Source of the DNA: Candidatus Eiseniibacteriota bacterium
Lineage (GTDB): Bacteria; Eisenbacteria; RBG-16-71-46; CAVPCR01
Direction: 5' to 3'
Length of the DNA stretch: 64,000 nt
Assembly: GCA_963823555.1 (NCBI GenBank)
Contig: CAWGMA010000003.1
Span: 256,001-320,000, forward strand
Shown here: piece after piece, positions 18,058-28,334 of the stretch
Layout: the number at the start of each line of letters is the position of its first letter
Position numbering within the stretch: the first letter of the stretch is position 1
Notes under the pieces: generated by a model
The model's input: only the letters and a program-made list of their open reading frames with translations
What the model was told of the DNA's origin: nothing
The model's database searches: none
Position numbers and translations under genes: made by a program

Positions 18058-19623
18058 ATGAAGCCATCGACTGCCAGACCCCGATGTCCCGCGCCACTCG
18101 TCGCCGCGGGTTCGAGCTTTCTTCTCCTCATCTCCCTCCTTGTCTCTGATCCGCTGCTCGCAGGTGTTCCCGATGATCTCGTCAAGGAGATCAAGCTGCC
18201 CAACGGCATGCGCTTCCTCTTCGTCGAGCGCCACCAGTCACCGACCGTGGCGGCCTTCATCGCCTTCCGGGTGGGGAGCGCCGACGAGCCGCGCGGCGCG
18301 ACCGGCATGGCGCATTTTCTCGAGCACATGCAGTTCAAGGGCACCGCGCGCCTGGGCACCGCCGACTGGGGCGCCGAGAAGGAGACGCTCGCGGCGATCG
18401 AGCGCGCCATGGATGCGATCGATGCCGAGCAGGATCGGCTTCTTGCCACGAATCCGCCGGGGGTGCTGGCGGCCCCCGATCCACCGACGAGCCCGGAGCT
18501 CGAGCGCTTGACCGCCGAGGCCGAACGGCTAGAGGCGGAAATGCGGCAACATGTCATCAAGAACGAGATCTGGGGCACCTACGATCGCCATGGCGGCAGC
18601 ATCAAGAACGCCTTCACCGGTCGCGACATGACCGGATACTATGTCGTCCTGCCCTCGAACCAGCTCGAGGTGTGGGCGATGATCGAAGCCGAGCGCCTCA
18701 CCGGGTCCGTGCTCCGCGAGTTCTACTCGGAGCGGAGCGTGGTCCAGGAGGAGCGCCGCCGCTCCCGGGAGTCGACACCGGAGGGAATGCTCTCCGAGGC
18801 CCTGGCCGCGACCGCGTTCACCGTGCATCCCTACGGGAACCCGGTCATCGGCTGGATGAGCGATCTCGAGCATCTCAGGCGCGATCAGGTGCTCGAGTTC
18901 TACCGGACCTTCTATCAGCCGGCGAATGCCGTGGGCATTCTCGTCGGGGACTTCGCCCCGGAGGCCGCCGAGGCCCTGGTGCGCAAGCACTTCGGACGCA
19001 TCGAATCGCGCCCGGTGGCGCGACCGCGGCGCCCCGCGGAACCGCCGCTCCAGGGCCGCCGTGAGCGCCTGGTCGAGTTCGACGCGGAGCCACAGCTAAC
19101 CCTCGCCTACCGTGTTCCCAGTTTCCATCATCCGGACTTTCCAGCCCTCGATGTGCTGACCACGGTGCTCGGCGACGGGCGCACCTCCCGGCTCCGGAAG
19201 CGGCTCATTCTCACCGAGCAGGCGGCGCGCTACGCCCGGGCGGATCTCGAGCTGGGCATCGATCCCGGGCTCCTCGAGGTTGCGCTCCAGCCGCTGGCCG
19301 GGCGCTCGCTCACCGAGGTCGAGGCCATGGCGCGCGAGGAGATGGCGCGCCTCGCCCAGGCGCCGGCCTCGCCCGACGAGCTTGCGGCCGTGCGCAAGCG
19401 AATGCGCGCGAGCCTCGTCTACCGGTTCGAGTCGAACATCTCCTTCGCGCGGTGGCTTGCGCAGAACGAGTGCATGGCCGGGAGCTGGCGCGCCGGTTAC
19501 GAGTACGTGGATCGGATCGACGCCGTCACGGCGGATGACGTGATGCGCGTGGCAGCCGAATACCTGACGCCGCGGAACGAGATCCGCGTCGAGCTCAGGC
19601 GACCGGAGGAGGGGGAGCCATGA
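18058..19623 (+). CDS. M16 (pitrilysin/insulinase) zinc peptidase, catalytic subunit
   Basis: Signal peptide, GMAHFLEHMQFKG (HxxEH), NAFT, ERSVVQEERR and HPYGNPVIGW. Confidence 0.92.
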   Translation: MKPSTARPRCPAPLVAAGSSFLLLISLLVSDPLLAGVPDDLVKEIKLPNGMRFLFVERHQSPTVAAFIAFRVGSADEPRGATGMAHFLEHMQFKGTARLGTADWGAEKETLAAIERAMDAIDAEQDRLLATNPPGVLAAPDPPTSPELERLTAEAERLEAEMRQHVIKNEIWGTYDRHGGSIKNAFTGRDMTGYYVVLPSNQLEVWAMIEAERLTGSVLREFYSERSVVQEERRRSRESTPEGMLSEALAATAFTVHPYGNPVIGWMSDLEHLRRDQVLEFYRTFYQPANAVGILVGDFAPEAAEALVRKHFGRIESRPVARPRRPAEPPLQGRRERLVEFDAEPQLTLAYRVPSFHHPDFPALDVLTTVLGDGRTSRLRKRLILTEQAARYARADLELGIDPGLLEVALQPLAGRSLTEVEAMAREEMARLAQAPASPDELAAVRKRMRASLVYRFESNISFARWLAQNECMAGSWRAGYEYVDRIDAVTADDVMRVAAEYLTPRNEIRVELRRPEEGEP

Positions 19624-21152
19624 CCCCGGTCCGACCGCCGCGATGGGTCGCCCTGCGGGGGGGCGCCTTCCTTGGCGCCATCGTTCTCTCCTTGACCATG
19701 ACCGCCGCGGTCCCGGCCCAGCACGAAGAGGAGGAACCAGAGGCCGGCGCGGATCGGCGGCAATCCGAGCTCGTGCGAGAGATCGAGAAGCTCGCGTCTC
19801 CGCCCATCACGTGGCGGGTCCCAGCCGTGGGCCGCGAGGTGGAGCGGCTCGTCTTCGACAACGGACTCACGATCTTCCTCTATCCCGAGTCGAGCGTGCC
19901 GCGGGTCGGGATCATCATCCGGCTCAAGGATGGGGTCTTCTTCGAAGAGGCGAACGAGGAGCGCGAGTCGGCCATGCTCGCTCAGCTCATCCAGATCGGT
20001 GGCGCGGAGAACCGCTCGAGCGACGAGGTGGATGCTCTCCTCGATCGCATCGCCGCCCGCATGAGCATCTGGAGCGATGTCGAGAGCGCGGGCGGCACGC
20101 TCCGCTGCCTTCCCGAGGATGCGCCGGAGGCGATCGCGCTGCTATCCGACCTTCTCCTCCGTCCAGCTCTGCCCGACGAGAAGCTCGCTCTCGTGAAGAA
20201 GTCCGAGCGTGCCTCGATCCTCCGCCAGAAGGACCATCCGGGTTGGGTCTCGAGCACCCTCTTCGAGCATCAGCTGTATGGCGACCATCCCCTGGGACGG
20301 ATCCTCCGGCTCTCGGCCGTGGAGGGGGTCACGCGTGACGATCTTGCTTCCCGCCATGATCGCTTCTACGTGCCGGAGCGGACGCTCATCGGGCTGGCCG
20401 GTGACTTCGCTCGGGATCCCGTGCTCGAGCTCCTGCATCGCGCCTTCGGCGACTGGCCGCGTGGTTCGGGCGAGCTCGCAGCCCCCCCGCCGGTGGATCG
20501 CGCGGCGACCGCGCCGGCGAGGATCTACCTTTTCCAGAAGGACATCCCGCAGACCACGATCCGGATCGGACATCTCGGCGTCGAGCGCGGGCATCCCGAT
20601 GAGTTCGCGATCCGGGTCATGAACTTCATCCTCGGCGGACGGGGCTTCCGTTCCCGGCTCGGGGAGCGGGTGCGCAGCGATGAAGGGCTCGCCTATGCAG
20701 TGCGCAGCCGCTACGAGCTCGACACACCCGATATCGGTCTCTTCGCGGCCTGGTGCGAGACCAAGGCGGCGAGCACTTACCGCGCCGTCGAGATCATGAC
20801 CGACGAGATCCAGGGCATGCAGACCCGCCCGCCCGATGCGGCCGCCGTGGAGGAAGCCAAGGATTCGATCGCCCATTCCTATGTGCAGCGCTGGACCAAT
20901 GCGGTGACCACGCTGGAGCAACTCATGGACCTCGAGCTTTCGGGGCGTGACCCGGGCTACTTCGATACCTATCTCGATCGCCTGCGCGCCGTGACCGCCG
21001 CCCAGGTGGAGCACGCTGCCCGGGAGTACCTGCATCCCGACGACCTGGTCACGGTGCTCGTCGGCAATGCTCCGGCGATCGGCGACCCTCCGGGGGGAGA
21101 GCCGCTCATCCCCTTGAGCCTGCCCCCCGAGTACACGGGCGAAGCGCGCTGA
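19620..21152 (+). CDS. M16 peptidase non-catalytic partner subunit
   Basis: No HxxEH; has NFILGG..FRSRLGERVRSDEGLAY. ATGA-coupled to the catalytic subunit. Confidence 0.88.
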   Translation: MTPVRPPRWVALRGGAFLGAIVLSLTMTAAVPAQHEEEEPEAGADRRQSELVREIEKLASPPITWRVPAVGREVERLVFDNGLTIFLYPESSVPRVGIIIRLKDGVFFEEANEERESAMLAQLIQIGGAENRSSDEVDALLDRIAARMSIWSDVESAGGTLRCLPEDAPEAIALLSDLLLRPALPDEKLALVKKSERASILRQKDHPGWVSSTLFEHQLYGDHPLGRILRLSAVEGVTRDDLASRHDRFYVPERTLIGLAGDFARDPVLELLHRAFGDWPRGSGELAAPPPVDRAATAPARIYLFQKDIPQTTIRIGHLGVERGHPDEFAIRVMNFILGGRGFRSRLGERVRSDEGLAYAVRSRYELDTPDIGLFAAWCETKAASTYRAVEIMTDEIQGMQTRPPDAAAVEEAKDSIAHSYVQRWTNAVTTLEQLMDLELSGRDPGYFDTYLDRLRAVTAAQVEHAAREYLHPDDLVTVLVGNAPAIGDPPGGEPLIPLSLPPEYTGEAR

Positions 21153-21153
21153 G

Positions 21154-24100
21154 ATGGTGATGCACCGCGATCGGGTGCAAGCCGAGCTGCCACTCCCCGA
21201 CGATGCGACCGATCCCGGTTCCCCGCCGGCATGGGTCACCGAGCCGGCGAGCGAGGAGGCCATCGCCACCGCGGTCGCCGACCTCGACGCCGACCAGCTG
21301 GCCGCGGTGATGCACGGCGAGGGGCCGCTCCTGGTCGTCGCCGGCGCCGGTACCGGCAAGACGCGAGTGATCGCCCATCGCATCGCGTACCTGATCGCCG
21401 CCAAGAAGGCCCACCCCGCCGAGATTCTCGCGCTCACGTTCACCGAGCGCGCCGCCGCCGAGATGGAGGCGCGGGTCGACCTGCTCGTGCCGTACGGCTA
21501 CACCGACATGTGGATCTCCACCTTCCATGCCTTCGGCGATCGCCTCTATCGCGAATATGCGCTCGAGCTCGGGCTGCCCGACACCGCCATCGTGCTGAAC
21601 GAGCCCGAGCGCATGGTCTTCTTCCGCGAGCGCCTCTTCCGCCTGCCGCTCCGGCGCCTCTTGCCGCTCGGGAATCCGGGCCGCCATCTGGCCGCGCTCA
21701 TGCGCCTCATCGCTCGGGCCAAGGACGAAGCGGTGCTCCCGGAGGATTACCTGGTCTACGCCCGCAAGGAGCGCGCCGCGGTCGAGGCGGCGGTCGCCGC
21801 GGATCCGCAGGATCCGGAGGCGCGGGCCCGGCTCGCCCAGGCCGAGCGCCAGCTCGAGATCGCCGAGGTCTACCGGGTCATGGACGAGGAGCTTCATGCG
21901 GCGAACCGCATCGACTTCGGCGATCAGCTCCTGTTGGCGCTCCGCCTCCTCCGCGAACACGAGCATGTGCTGGCAGCGGTGCGCCGCCGCTTCCGCTACA
22001 TCCTGGTCGATGAGTTCCAGGACACGAACGTGGTCCAGTTCGAGCTCCTGAAGCTCCTCGCCGGCGAGCGCCGCAACGTGACCGTGGTCGGCGACGACGA
22101 CCAGTCGATCTACAAGTTCCGGGGCGCCGCCTTGAGCAACATCCTGGGTTTCACGGCAGCCTATCCAGATCGCAAGCTCGTCGTGCTCACCCGCTCCTAT
22201 CGTTCCGGGCAGAACATCCTCGATGCGGCCTACCGGCTCATCCAGTACAACAACCCCGAGCGGCTCGAGGTGAAGGAGTCGATCGAGAAGCGCCTGCGCT
22301 CGATGGTCGACGCTCCCGGAACGATCGAGCAGCATCGCCATGACATCCTGGGGACGGAGGCGGATGCGGTGAAGGCCCGCATTGCCGAGCTGGTGGCCAG
22401 CGGCCGGTACGGCTACCGCGACATCGCGATCCTCGTCCGCTCGAATCGCGATGCCGAGCCGTTCCTGGCCGCTCTCGGCGCCGCCGGTATCCCGCACGAG
22501 TTCTCGGGCGCCCGCGGCCTGTTCCGGCGCGAGGAAGTGCGGACGGCGATCGATTTCATGCGCGCGGTGGCCCGACCGACCGAGTCCCAGAGCCTGTTCG
22601 CGCTCGCTGCCTCGGATGTCTACCGGGTGCCGATGCTCGATCTGACGACCCTCGCCGACCTCGCCCGGCTCAAGCGACGCCCCCTCGCCTGGGCGATGGC
22701 GCAGGCAGCGGCCGCCGGGGGCGCGGCGGTCGAGAGCGGTGTTGAAGGGTCTGAACCGCTGAGCGCGGAGGGAGTGGCTGCCATCGAGCGCCTCCACCGC
22801 GATCTCGCTCATTACCGTGAGCGATCACGGCATCTGGCAACGGGGAGCCTCCTCTACGAGTTTCTCACCGACACCGGCTACCTCGCCGAGCTGACGGCCG
22901 CCGAGACCCTGGCTGCCGAGGACCAGGTCCGAAACCTCGCCCGCTTCTTCCATCAGGTCCAGCGCTACGAGGAGATCGCGGTCGCGGATCGCGTCCACTC
23001 CTTCGTGGATCATCTCGAGCTCCTGATCGAAGCGGGAGAAGATCCGCAAGCGGTCGAGCCCGATCCCGATTTCGACGCGGTGCGCGTTCTCACCGTGCAT
23101 CGGGCCAAGGGCCTCGAGTTCCGCGTCGTCTTCGTCGTCAATCTGGTGGATCAGAAGTTCCCGACCACCAGTCGGGGCGAGGCGCTCGAGATGCCGCTCG
23201 AGCTCTACCGGCAGAAGGTCGCCGGCGGGAATTTCCATCGCCAGGAAGAGCGCCGTCTCTTCTATGTGGCCATGACGCGGGCGCGGGAGCTCTTGATCCT
23301 GACGAGCGCGGCGGACCACGGCGGGCCGCGGCTCCGGAAGACCAGCTCCTTCGTGCTCGAGGCGCTCGACCTGCCGGCGGAGGCGGCGCAGGCGACCGGG
23401 GCGGCGGGGACGATCGCCGTGCTCGGAAAGCACGCCGCGAACCCGGCACCCCCGCCCGCCCCCCCGCGGCTCGTGGGACCCGACGAGACGATCCGCCTCT
23501 CCTGGTCCCAGATCGACACCTACCGCGAATGTCCGCTCCGTTATCGCTATGGCTACATCCTCAAGGCGCCGGCGATCGCTCACCACAGCCAGAATTTCGG
23601 CAAGGCGGTGCACGCGGCGATCGCCGAGTTCCTCAAGGGGAAGATGCGCGGCGATCCGCCACCGCTGCCCGCGGTGCTGGATGTCCTCAGGAAGAACTGG
23701 CGCAGCGAGGGCTTCTTGAGTCGCGAGCACGAGGAACGGCGGTTGGCAGCAGGAATCCGCGCGATCGAGCGCTTCCACGCCGAGGAGGCCACGTCGACCA
23801 CGATACCAGCCCAGGTCGAGAAGCCGTTTTCCATCGTCCGGGGCAAGGTGCAGGTGGAGGGGCGTTTCGATCGCGTGGATCTCGATCCGGACGGCGCGAC
23901 GATCATCGACTACAAGACCTCTCAGGTCGAGGATGCCGCGGAAGCGGCGGAGCGAGCACGGAAGAGCGACCAGCTCCGGCTCTACGCCCTCGCCTATGCG
24001 GCCCAGGCCGGGATCGAGCCGCGGGCGGTCGAGCTGCGTTTCGTCGAGTCGGGGTGCCGGGGCCGGGTTGCGCCGAGCGCCGAGGATCTCTCGAGGGCGG

Positions 24101-24219
24101 AGGATCTCGTCGCGAAGACCGAGGATGGGCTGCGCCGCGGCGATTTCACGGCTCGTCCCTCCCTCCGCACCTGCGACCGCTGCGATTTCAGGCGGATCTG
24201 TCCCCAGGCGGTCTGGTAG
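21154..24219 (+). CDS. UvrD/PcrA-type SF1 helicase fused to a C-terminal RecB-type PD-(D/E)XK nuclease
   Basis: Helicase motifs AGAGTGKT, VDEFQD, GDDDQSIYKFRGA, YRS, TVHRAKGLEF and EERRLFYVAMTRA. Nuclease motifs GRFDRVD, IIDYKT and QLRLYA. Cys motifs ECP and CDRCDFRRIC. Confidence 0.9.
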   Translation: MVMHRDRVQAELPLPDDATDPGSPPAWVTEPASEEAIATAVADLDADQLAAVMHGEGPLLVVAGAGTGKTRVIAHRIAYLIAAKKAHPAEILALTFTERAAAEMEARVDLLVPYGYTDMWISTFHAFGDRLYREYALELGLPDTAIVLNEPERMVFFRERLFRLPLRRLLPLGNPGRHLAALMRLIARAKDEAVLPEDYLVYARKERAAVEAAVAADPQDPEARARLAQAERQLEIAEVYRVMDEELHAANRIDFGDQLLLALRLLREHEHVLAAVRRRFRYILVDEFQDTNVVQFELLKLLAGERRNVTVVGDDDQSIYKFRGAALSNILGFTAAYPDRKLVVLTRSYRSGQNILDAAYRLIQYNNPERLEVKESIEKRLRSMVDAPGTIEQHRHDILGTEADAVKARIAELVASGRYGYRDIAILVRSNRDAEPFLAALGAAGIPHEFSGARGLFRREEVRTAIDFMRAVARPTESQSLFALAASDVYRVPMLDLTTLADLARLKRRPLAWAMAQAAAAGGAAVESGVEGSEPLSAEGVAAIERLHRDLAHYRERSRHLATGSLLYEFLTDTGYLAELTAAETLAAEDQVRNLARFFHQVQRYEEIAVADRVHSFVDHLELLIEAGEDPQAVEPDPDFDAVRVLTVHRAKGLEFRVVFVVNLVDQKFPTTSRGEALEMPLELYRQKVAGGNFHRQEERRLFYVAMTRARELLILTSAADHGGPRLRKTSSFVLEALDLPAEAAQATGAAGTIAVLGKHAANPAPPPAPPRLVGPDETIRLSWSQIDTYRECPLRYRYGYILKAPAIAHHSQNFGKAVHAAIAEFLKGKMRGDPPPLPAVLDVLRKNWRSEGFLSREHEERRLAAGIRAIERFHAEEATSTTIPAQVEKPFSIVRGKVQVEGRFDRVDLDPDGATIIDYKTSQVEDAAEAAERARKSDQLRLYALAYAAQAGIEPRAVELRFVESGCRGRVAPSAEDLSRAEDLVAKTEDGLRRGDFTARPSLRTCDRCDFRRICPQAVW

Positions 24220-24230
24220 AAGGGCGGGGT

Positions 24231-25787
24231 ATGTCGCGCATCGTCCGCAACACCTCGGCAGTCGCCGCCGCCTTTGCCACCAACACGCTTCTCTCTTTCC
24301 TCCAGATCAAGCTCCTCACGCGCTACTTCACCCAGGCAGCACTGGGGGAGTACTCGGCGACATTCGCCATCGGAGCCATCGTCTCGGTGCTGGCGGCCGT
24401 GGGTCTGCCCACGGTCGTCCTGCGCTACACGGCGAAGTACGATGCGCTGGGCGAAGTGGGCCGGATCCGGCGCTTGCTCGCCCTGGCCTGGAGCCTCGTC
24501 GGCATCCTCGCCGTGATCCTGCTCCTCGTCGTGGCGCATGTCGCGCCATCGATCCTCGCGCGTCTCTACACCGTGCCACCGGCCGTGACCAACGTGCTTC
24601 TGGCCACTGCGGTCTTCGTCGCCACCGCGCTCCGCCAGGTGACCTACGCCGGTTTCGATGGGCTCCGCCGCATGAGTTACCCGGCCGTGCTCGAGAACCT
24701 GAACGTGGGAGCGATCACGCTCGGCATCCTCGTCCTCCGCGAACGGCTCACCGTCCCCCTCCTGCTCTCGATGAGCCTCATCTCGGGTCTCGTCGTCGCC
24801 GCGATCGCCATCGGACTCTTGCTGCGCGTGCTGCGCCAGCCGCCAGCCACGGGAACGGAGCGGAGGGCGCGCGACCTGCCGCCACTCCTCGCCGATATCA
24901 CCCCCTTCTGGTGGGGGGCGGCGATCAACGGCATCATCGGCATCGGCTTCGGCTATGCGGACAAGCTCCTGGTGAGTCTCTTCCTCTCCTTCGAGCTGGT
25001 CTCCATCTTCTTCGTCGCCGAGCGCATCACCTTCCTTCTGAAGCGTCTGCTGGCGGTGCCGCTGCAGGTCGCCGCCCCCGAGATCACCCGGCGCTGGGAA
25101 CTGGGCCGCCGCGAGGAGCTCAGGTACGACGTCGGCTTCCTGATCAAGGTCCAGCTCGCCGTGGCCATGCTGTTCGCCGTGCTCGTCCTGGCGGCGGCCG
25201 AGGTGGCAGTGCTCGTGGTCGCGAACCCCACGTTCCTGGCGGCCGCTGATCTCCTCCGCGTGCTCACGATCTCAGTCGTGCTCATGGCGGCCTATGCTCC
25301 GATCACGACTCTCCTGCGCGCCATCGACCGTATCGGGCTCGCCCTCACCTCGGACGTGATCTGGCTGGCGACCTACGTCGGACTGGGCATGTTCCTGATG
25401 CCCCGGCTCGGCCTCCGGGGCATCGTCATCGCGCACCTCGCCGCCTCGACGCTGGCCGCCATATGGAATGTCCTGGCCGGGGATCGGGTGGCCGCCATCG
25501 CCTGGGATCACGCCGGTCTCGCGCGCGTGCTCGTGATCGGCGCCGCGATCGGCCTCGGCGGTTACGTGGCAGCCATTCGTCTGGCTCAAGGCCGTCCGCT
25601 CGTCGAGCTGGGTCTGGCTGTTCTCGTTCTCGTCACCTACAACCTGCTCCTGCCGCTCACAGGAGCGCTCCGCGCCGATGATCGACTGCGCTTCATGCAG
25701 CTTGCCGGCCCCGGCCGGCTCGGCGCGATGCTCGACCGGCTCCTGTTCTGGCCCCTGCGCCTCTTCCAGCGGAGCGAGCCGCGTTGA
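24231..25787 (+). CDS. Oligosaccharide flippase (Wzx/MOP superfamily)
   Basis: Starts MSRIVRNT; about 12-14 hydrophobic segments; G.YS, GLPTVVLRYTA and YADKLLV patterns. Confidence 0.75.
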   Translation: MSRIVRNTSAVAAAFATNTLLSFLQIKLLTRYFTQAALGEYSATFAIGAIVSVLAAVGLPTVVLRYTAKYDALGEVGRIRRLLALAWSLVGILAVILLLVVAHVAPSILARLYTVPPAVTNVLLATAVFVATALRQVTYAGFDGLRRMSYPAVLENLNVGAITLGILVLRERLTVPLLLSMSLISGLVVAAIAIGLLLRVLRQPPATGTERRARDLPPLLADITPFWWGAAINGIIGIGFGYADKLLVSLFLSFELVSIFFVAERITFLLKRLLAVPLQVAAPEITRRWELGRREELRYDVGFLIKVQLAVAMLFAVLVLAAAEVAVLVVANPTFLAAADLLRVLTISVVLMAAYAPITTLLRAIDRIGLALTSDVIWLATYVGLGMFLMPRLGLRGIVIAHLAASTLAAIWNVLAGDRVAAIAWDHAGLARVLVIGAAIGLGGYVAAIRLAQGRPLVELGLAVLVLVTYNLLLPLTGALRADDRLRFMQLAGPGRLGAMLDRLLFWPLRLFQRSEPR

Positions 25788-25821
25788 CCCTCGTCCAGAC
25801 CGCATGCTAGCTTGCCCGCCC

Positions 25822-26565
25822 ATGACGGCCATGATCGAGGTGCGTGACCTCACCAAGACCTTCGACGGAGGAAAGTCGGGGCCAGTGCATGCGGTCGAGC
25901 AGTTCTCGTTCGCCGTGGACGGCGGAGAGGTCTTCGGTCTCCTGGGCCTGAACGGCGCCGGCAAGACGACCACCCTGCGCATGCTCGCCACCGTACTCAA
26001 ACCGACCTCGGGATCGGCCTCCATCGCCGGATACGACATCGCCAGCCAAGGCGACGAGGTGCGGGGAGCCATCGGTTTCCTCTCCGGCGACACCCGTCTC
26101 TATGACCGGTTGACCGCCCGCGAGATCCTCGTCTATTTCGGACAGCTCGAGGGTCTGAGCGCGGCCGAGGCCGGTCGCAGGTCGGGAGTGCTCATCGATC
26201 GGTTCGCCCTCCGCTCCTTTGCCGACCGGCGGGTCGGCCGGCTCTCGACCGGGCTCAAGCAGCGGGTCAACCTGGCGCGCGCGCTCATCCACGATCCGCC
26301 GGTGCTCATCCTCGACGAACCGACCGCCGGCCTCGACGTGCTGGGCGCCCGTGAAGTGGGTCACCTGATCCGCGAGATGCGGGGTGATGGGCGCTGCGTT
26401 CTCTTCTCGACGCACGTCATGCACGAAGCGGCCCGGCTCTGCGATCACGTCGCGGTCATCCACCGCGGGCGTCTGCTTGCCCATGGCACTCCGCACGAGC
26501 TCACGATCGGATACGAGGATCTGGAGGCGGCCTTTGCCGCCGCCGTCGCCGAGGTGGACGGGTAG
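25822..26565 (+). CDS. natA: ABC transporter ATP-binding subunit (NatA-like)
   Basis: GLNGAGKTT, LYDRLTARE, LSTGLKQR, LDEPT and FSTHVM. Confidence 0.8.
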   Translation: MTAMIEVRDLTKTFDGGKSGPVHAVEQFSFAVDGGEVFGLLGLNGAGKTTTLRMLATVLKPTSGSASIAGYDIASQGDEVRGAIGFLSGDTRLYDRLTAREILVYFGQLEGLSAAEAGRRSGVLIDRFALRSFADRRVGRLSTGLKQRVNLARALIHDPPVLILDEPTAGLDVLGAREVGHLIREMRGDGRCVLFSTHVMHEAARLCDHVAVIHRGRLLAHGTPHELTIGYEDLEAAFAAAVAEVDG

Positions 26566-26651
26566 GCGAGGAACCCGGCCAGATGCTATCCTGGGCCCGC
26601 AGTATGGTCCGATGCGAAGTGCTCGCTCGATCCTGAGAGAACAGAGGAACC

Positions 26652-27833
26652 GTGCGTCGAACCTGGATCGTTGCTCGCAAGGAGCTCCTCGATACGATTC
26701 GCGATTCGCGGACGTTGTTGCTCGCCTTTGTCCTGCCCCTGGTCCTCTATCCGATCGTCTTCATCACCATCGGGCAGGTGTCCCGGGCCAACGAGGCCCG
26801 CACCAGCGAACGGAGCCTCAGGGTCGCCATCGCCGGAGCCGAGCACGCCCCGCACCTCGCCGCCACGCTGTCGGGATGGAAGCAGATCGAGATCGTTCCG
26901 GTCGATCTCGGGCCGACGGCGGTCAAGAAAGGATTCATCGAGGCGCTGATCATCGTGCCGCCGGCCTACGAGCAGGCCGTCGTCGTCGGCGCGCCATCGA
27001 CGCTCCGCATCTTCTACGACGAGACGAGCACCCTCTCCCGCCGGGCCCGGAGCCAGGTCGAGGAGGGGTTGGGACGATATCGGGAGCAGATCCTGCGCGC
27101 CGAGCTCGGCCGGCTGGGGGGGGCGGGGGGAGAGGTCGATGCGGCCCGCATCCGTTCCGAGAACGTGGCCACCGCCCAGGAAATGGGGTCCTATCTTCTC
27201 GGTACGCTCGTCCCCTACATCCTGGTGCTTCTCATCGCCTCCGCCGCCTCGCATACGGCCATCGACACCACGGCTGGGGAGAAGGAGCGCAGCACCCTCG
27301 AAACCGTCCTGGTGAGCGCCGCCTCGCGGTCTCAGCTGCTCCTTGGCAAGTTCTTCGCCACTTCGCTGATGGCCACGGCGGCCGGGGTGATGGGTCTCAC
27401 CGGGCTCACCCTGACCCTGTCCCTGCCGCTCACCGCGCAATCGCTCGCCGATGGCCAGATCGTTCTGCCGCTGTGGGCGATCGGTGTCCTCCTCGTCATG
27501 ATCTTGCCGGTCGCCTTCCTCATGAGCGCGACCTTGCTCGCCTTCGGCTGCTTCGCGCGCAGCACGCGCGAAGGGCAGACCTTCGCCACTTACTTCATCA
27601 TGTGTGTCGCGGTGCTCGCGGTGCTCTCGGTGGCCAGTGAAGCCGAGCCCACGACTCAGGGGTTCCTTCTGCCCATCGTGGGCACGACTCAGGTGCAGCG
27701 CCAGATCCTGGCCGGGGGCGCCGAACCGACGCATATTCTGCTCGCGATCGCCAGCACCCTGTTCATCGGGCTCCTGGGGCTGGTGGTCGCGCTCAGGTTG
27801 TTCGCCAACGAACGGGTCATGTTCCGCCAGTGA
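26652..27833 (+). CDS. natB: ABC transporter permease (NatB-like)
   Basis: KELLDTIRDSRT, AIDTTAGEKERSTLETVL and LLGKF. Confidence 0.8.
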   Translation: MRRTWIVARKELLDTIRDSRTLLLAFVLPLVLYPIVFITIGQVSRANEARTSERSLRVAIAGAEHAPHLAATLSGWKQIEIVPVDLGPTAVKKGFIEALIIVPPAYEQAVVVGAPSTLRIFYDETSTLSRRARSQVEEGLGRYREQILRAELGRLGGAGGEVDAARIRSENVATAQEMGSYLLGTLVPYILVLLIASAASHTAIDTTAGEKERSTLETVLVSAASRSQLLLGKFFATSLMATAAGVMGLTGLTLTLSLPLTAQSLADGQIVLPLWAIGVLLVMILPVAFLMSATLLAFGCFARSTREGQTFATYFIMCVAVLAVLSVASEAEPTTQGFLLPIVGTTQVQRQILAGGAEPTHILLAIASTLFIGLLGLVVALRLFANERVMFRQ

Positions 27834-27845
27834 TAGGAGCAACCG

Positions 27846-28328
27846 ATGTTGCGGAACTCACCGCGAAGTGAGGTTCCCCGCCGGCTGGCCATCAGCATGG
27901 CGGTCGCGATCGGGGTCGCTGCCTGCAACCCCGCCGCCGAGATCTCCGCTCCCGTCATGACGCTCGCCGACATCGAGGTGCGAGCGTTCTCCGGAGGGAC
28001 GGTCAACCTCAGCCTGGTTCTCACCGTCGACAATCAGAACAGCTTCGAGATCACTCTGGTCGAGATCGCCGGAGCTCTGACCCTCGACGAGGTTTCGGTC
28101 GGGGAGGTGCGCTGGTCCGGAGAGATCAAGTGTCCGAAGCAGGACACGACGACCGTTCGCATCCCCGTCCACCTGGTGGTGGGAGAAGGAAGCGACGTCT
28201 TCCGGGACCTCATCGATCAGCGCCCCATGGTCCAGACCTTGCGTGGCGAAGCCACCATCGCTCGCGGCGTCATCACCCGTTCCTTTGCGATCAACCTGAG
28301 TCGCGACTCGGGTCGCGAAGGGAGGTGA
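27846..28328 (+). CDS. LEA-2/WHy-like lipoprotein
   Basis: Lipobox VAAC; all-beta pattern LTVDNQNSFEI (variant of the NPN motif). Confidence 0.7.
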   Translation: MLRNSPRSEVPRRLAISMAVAIGVAACNPAAEISAPVMTLADIEVRAFSGGTVNLSLVLTVDNQNSFEITLVEIAGALTLDEVSVGEVRWSGEIKCPKQDTTTVRIPVHLVVGEGSDVFRDLIDQRPMVQTLRGEATIARGVITRSFAINLSRDSGREGR

Positions 28329-28334
28329 CCTCCG

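Noticed and set aside
23480..24219. Cas4 / CRISPR adaptation gene
   Set aside because: The Cas4-like nuclease is the fused C-terminal domain of a UvrD helicase; no cas1, cas2 or array is present.
23529..24230. Apparent N-terminal extension of the flippase
   Set aside because: It overlaps the helicase nuclease domain in another frame; the plausible start is ATG 24231.
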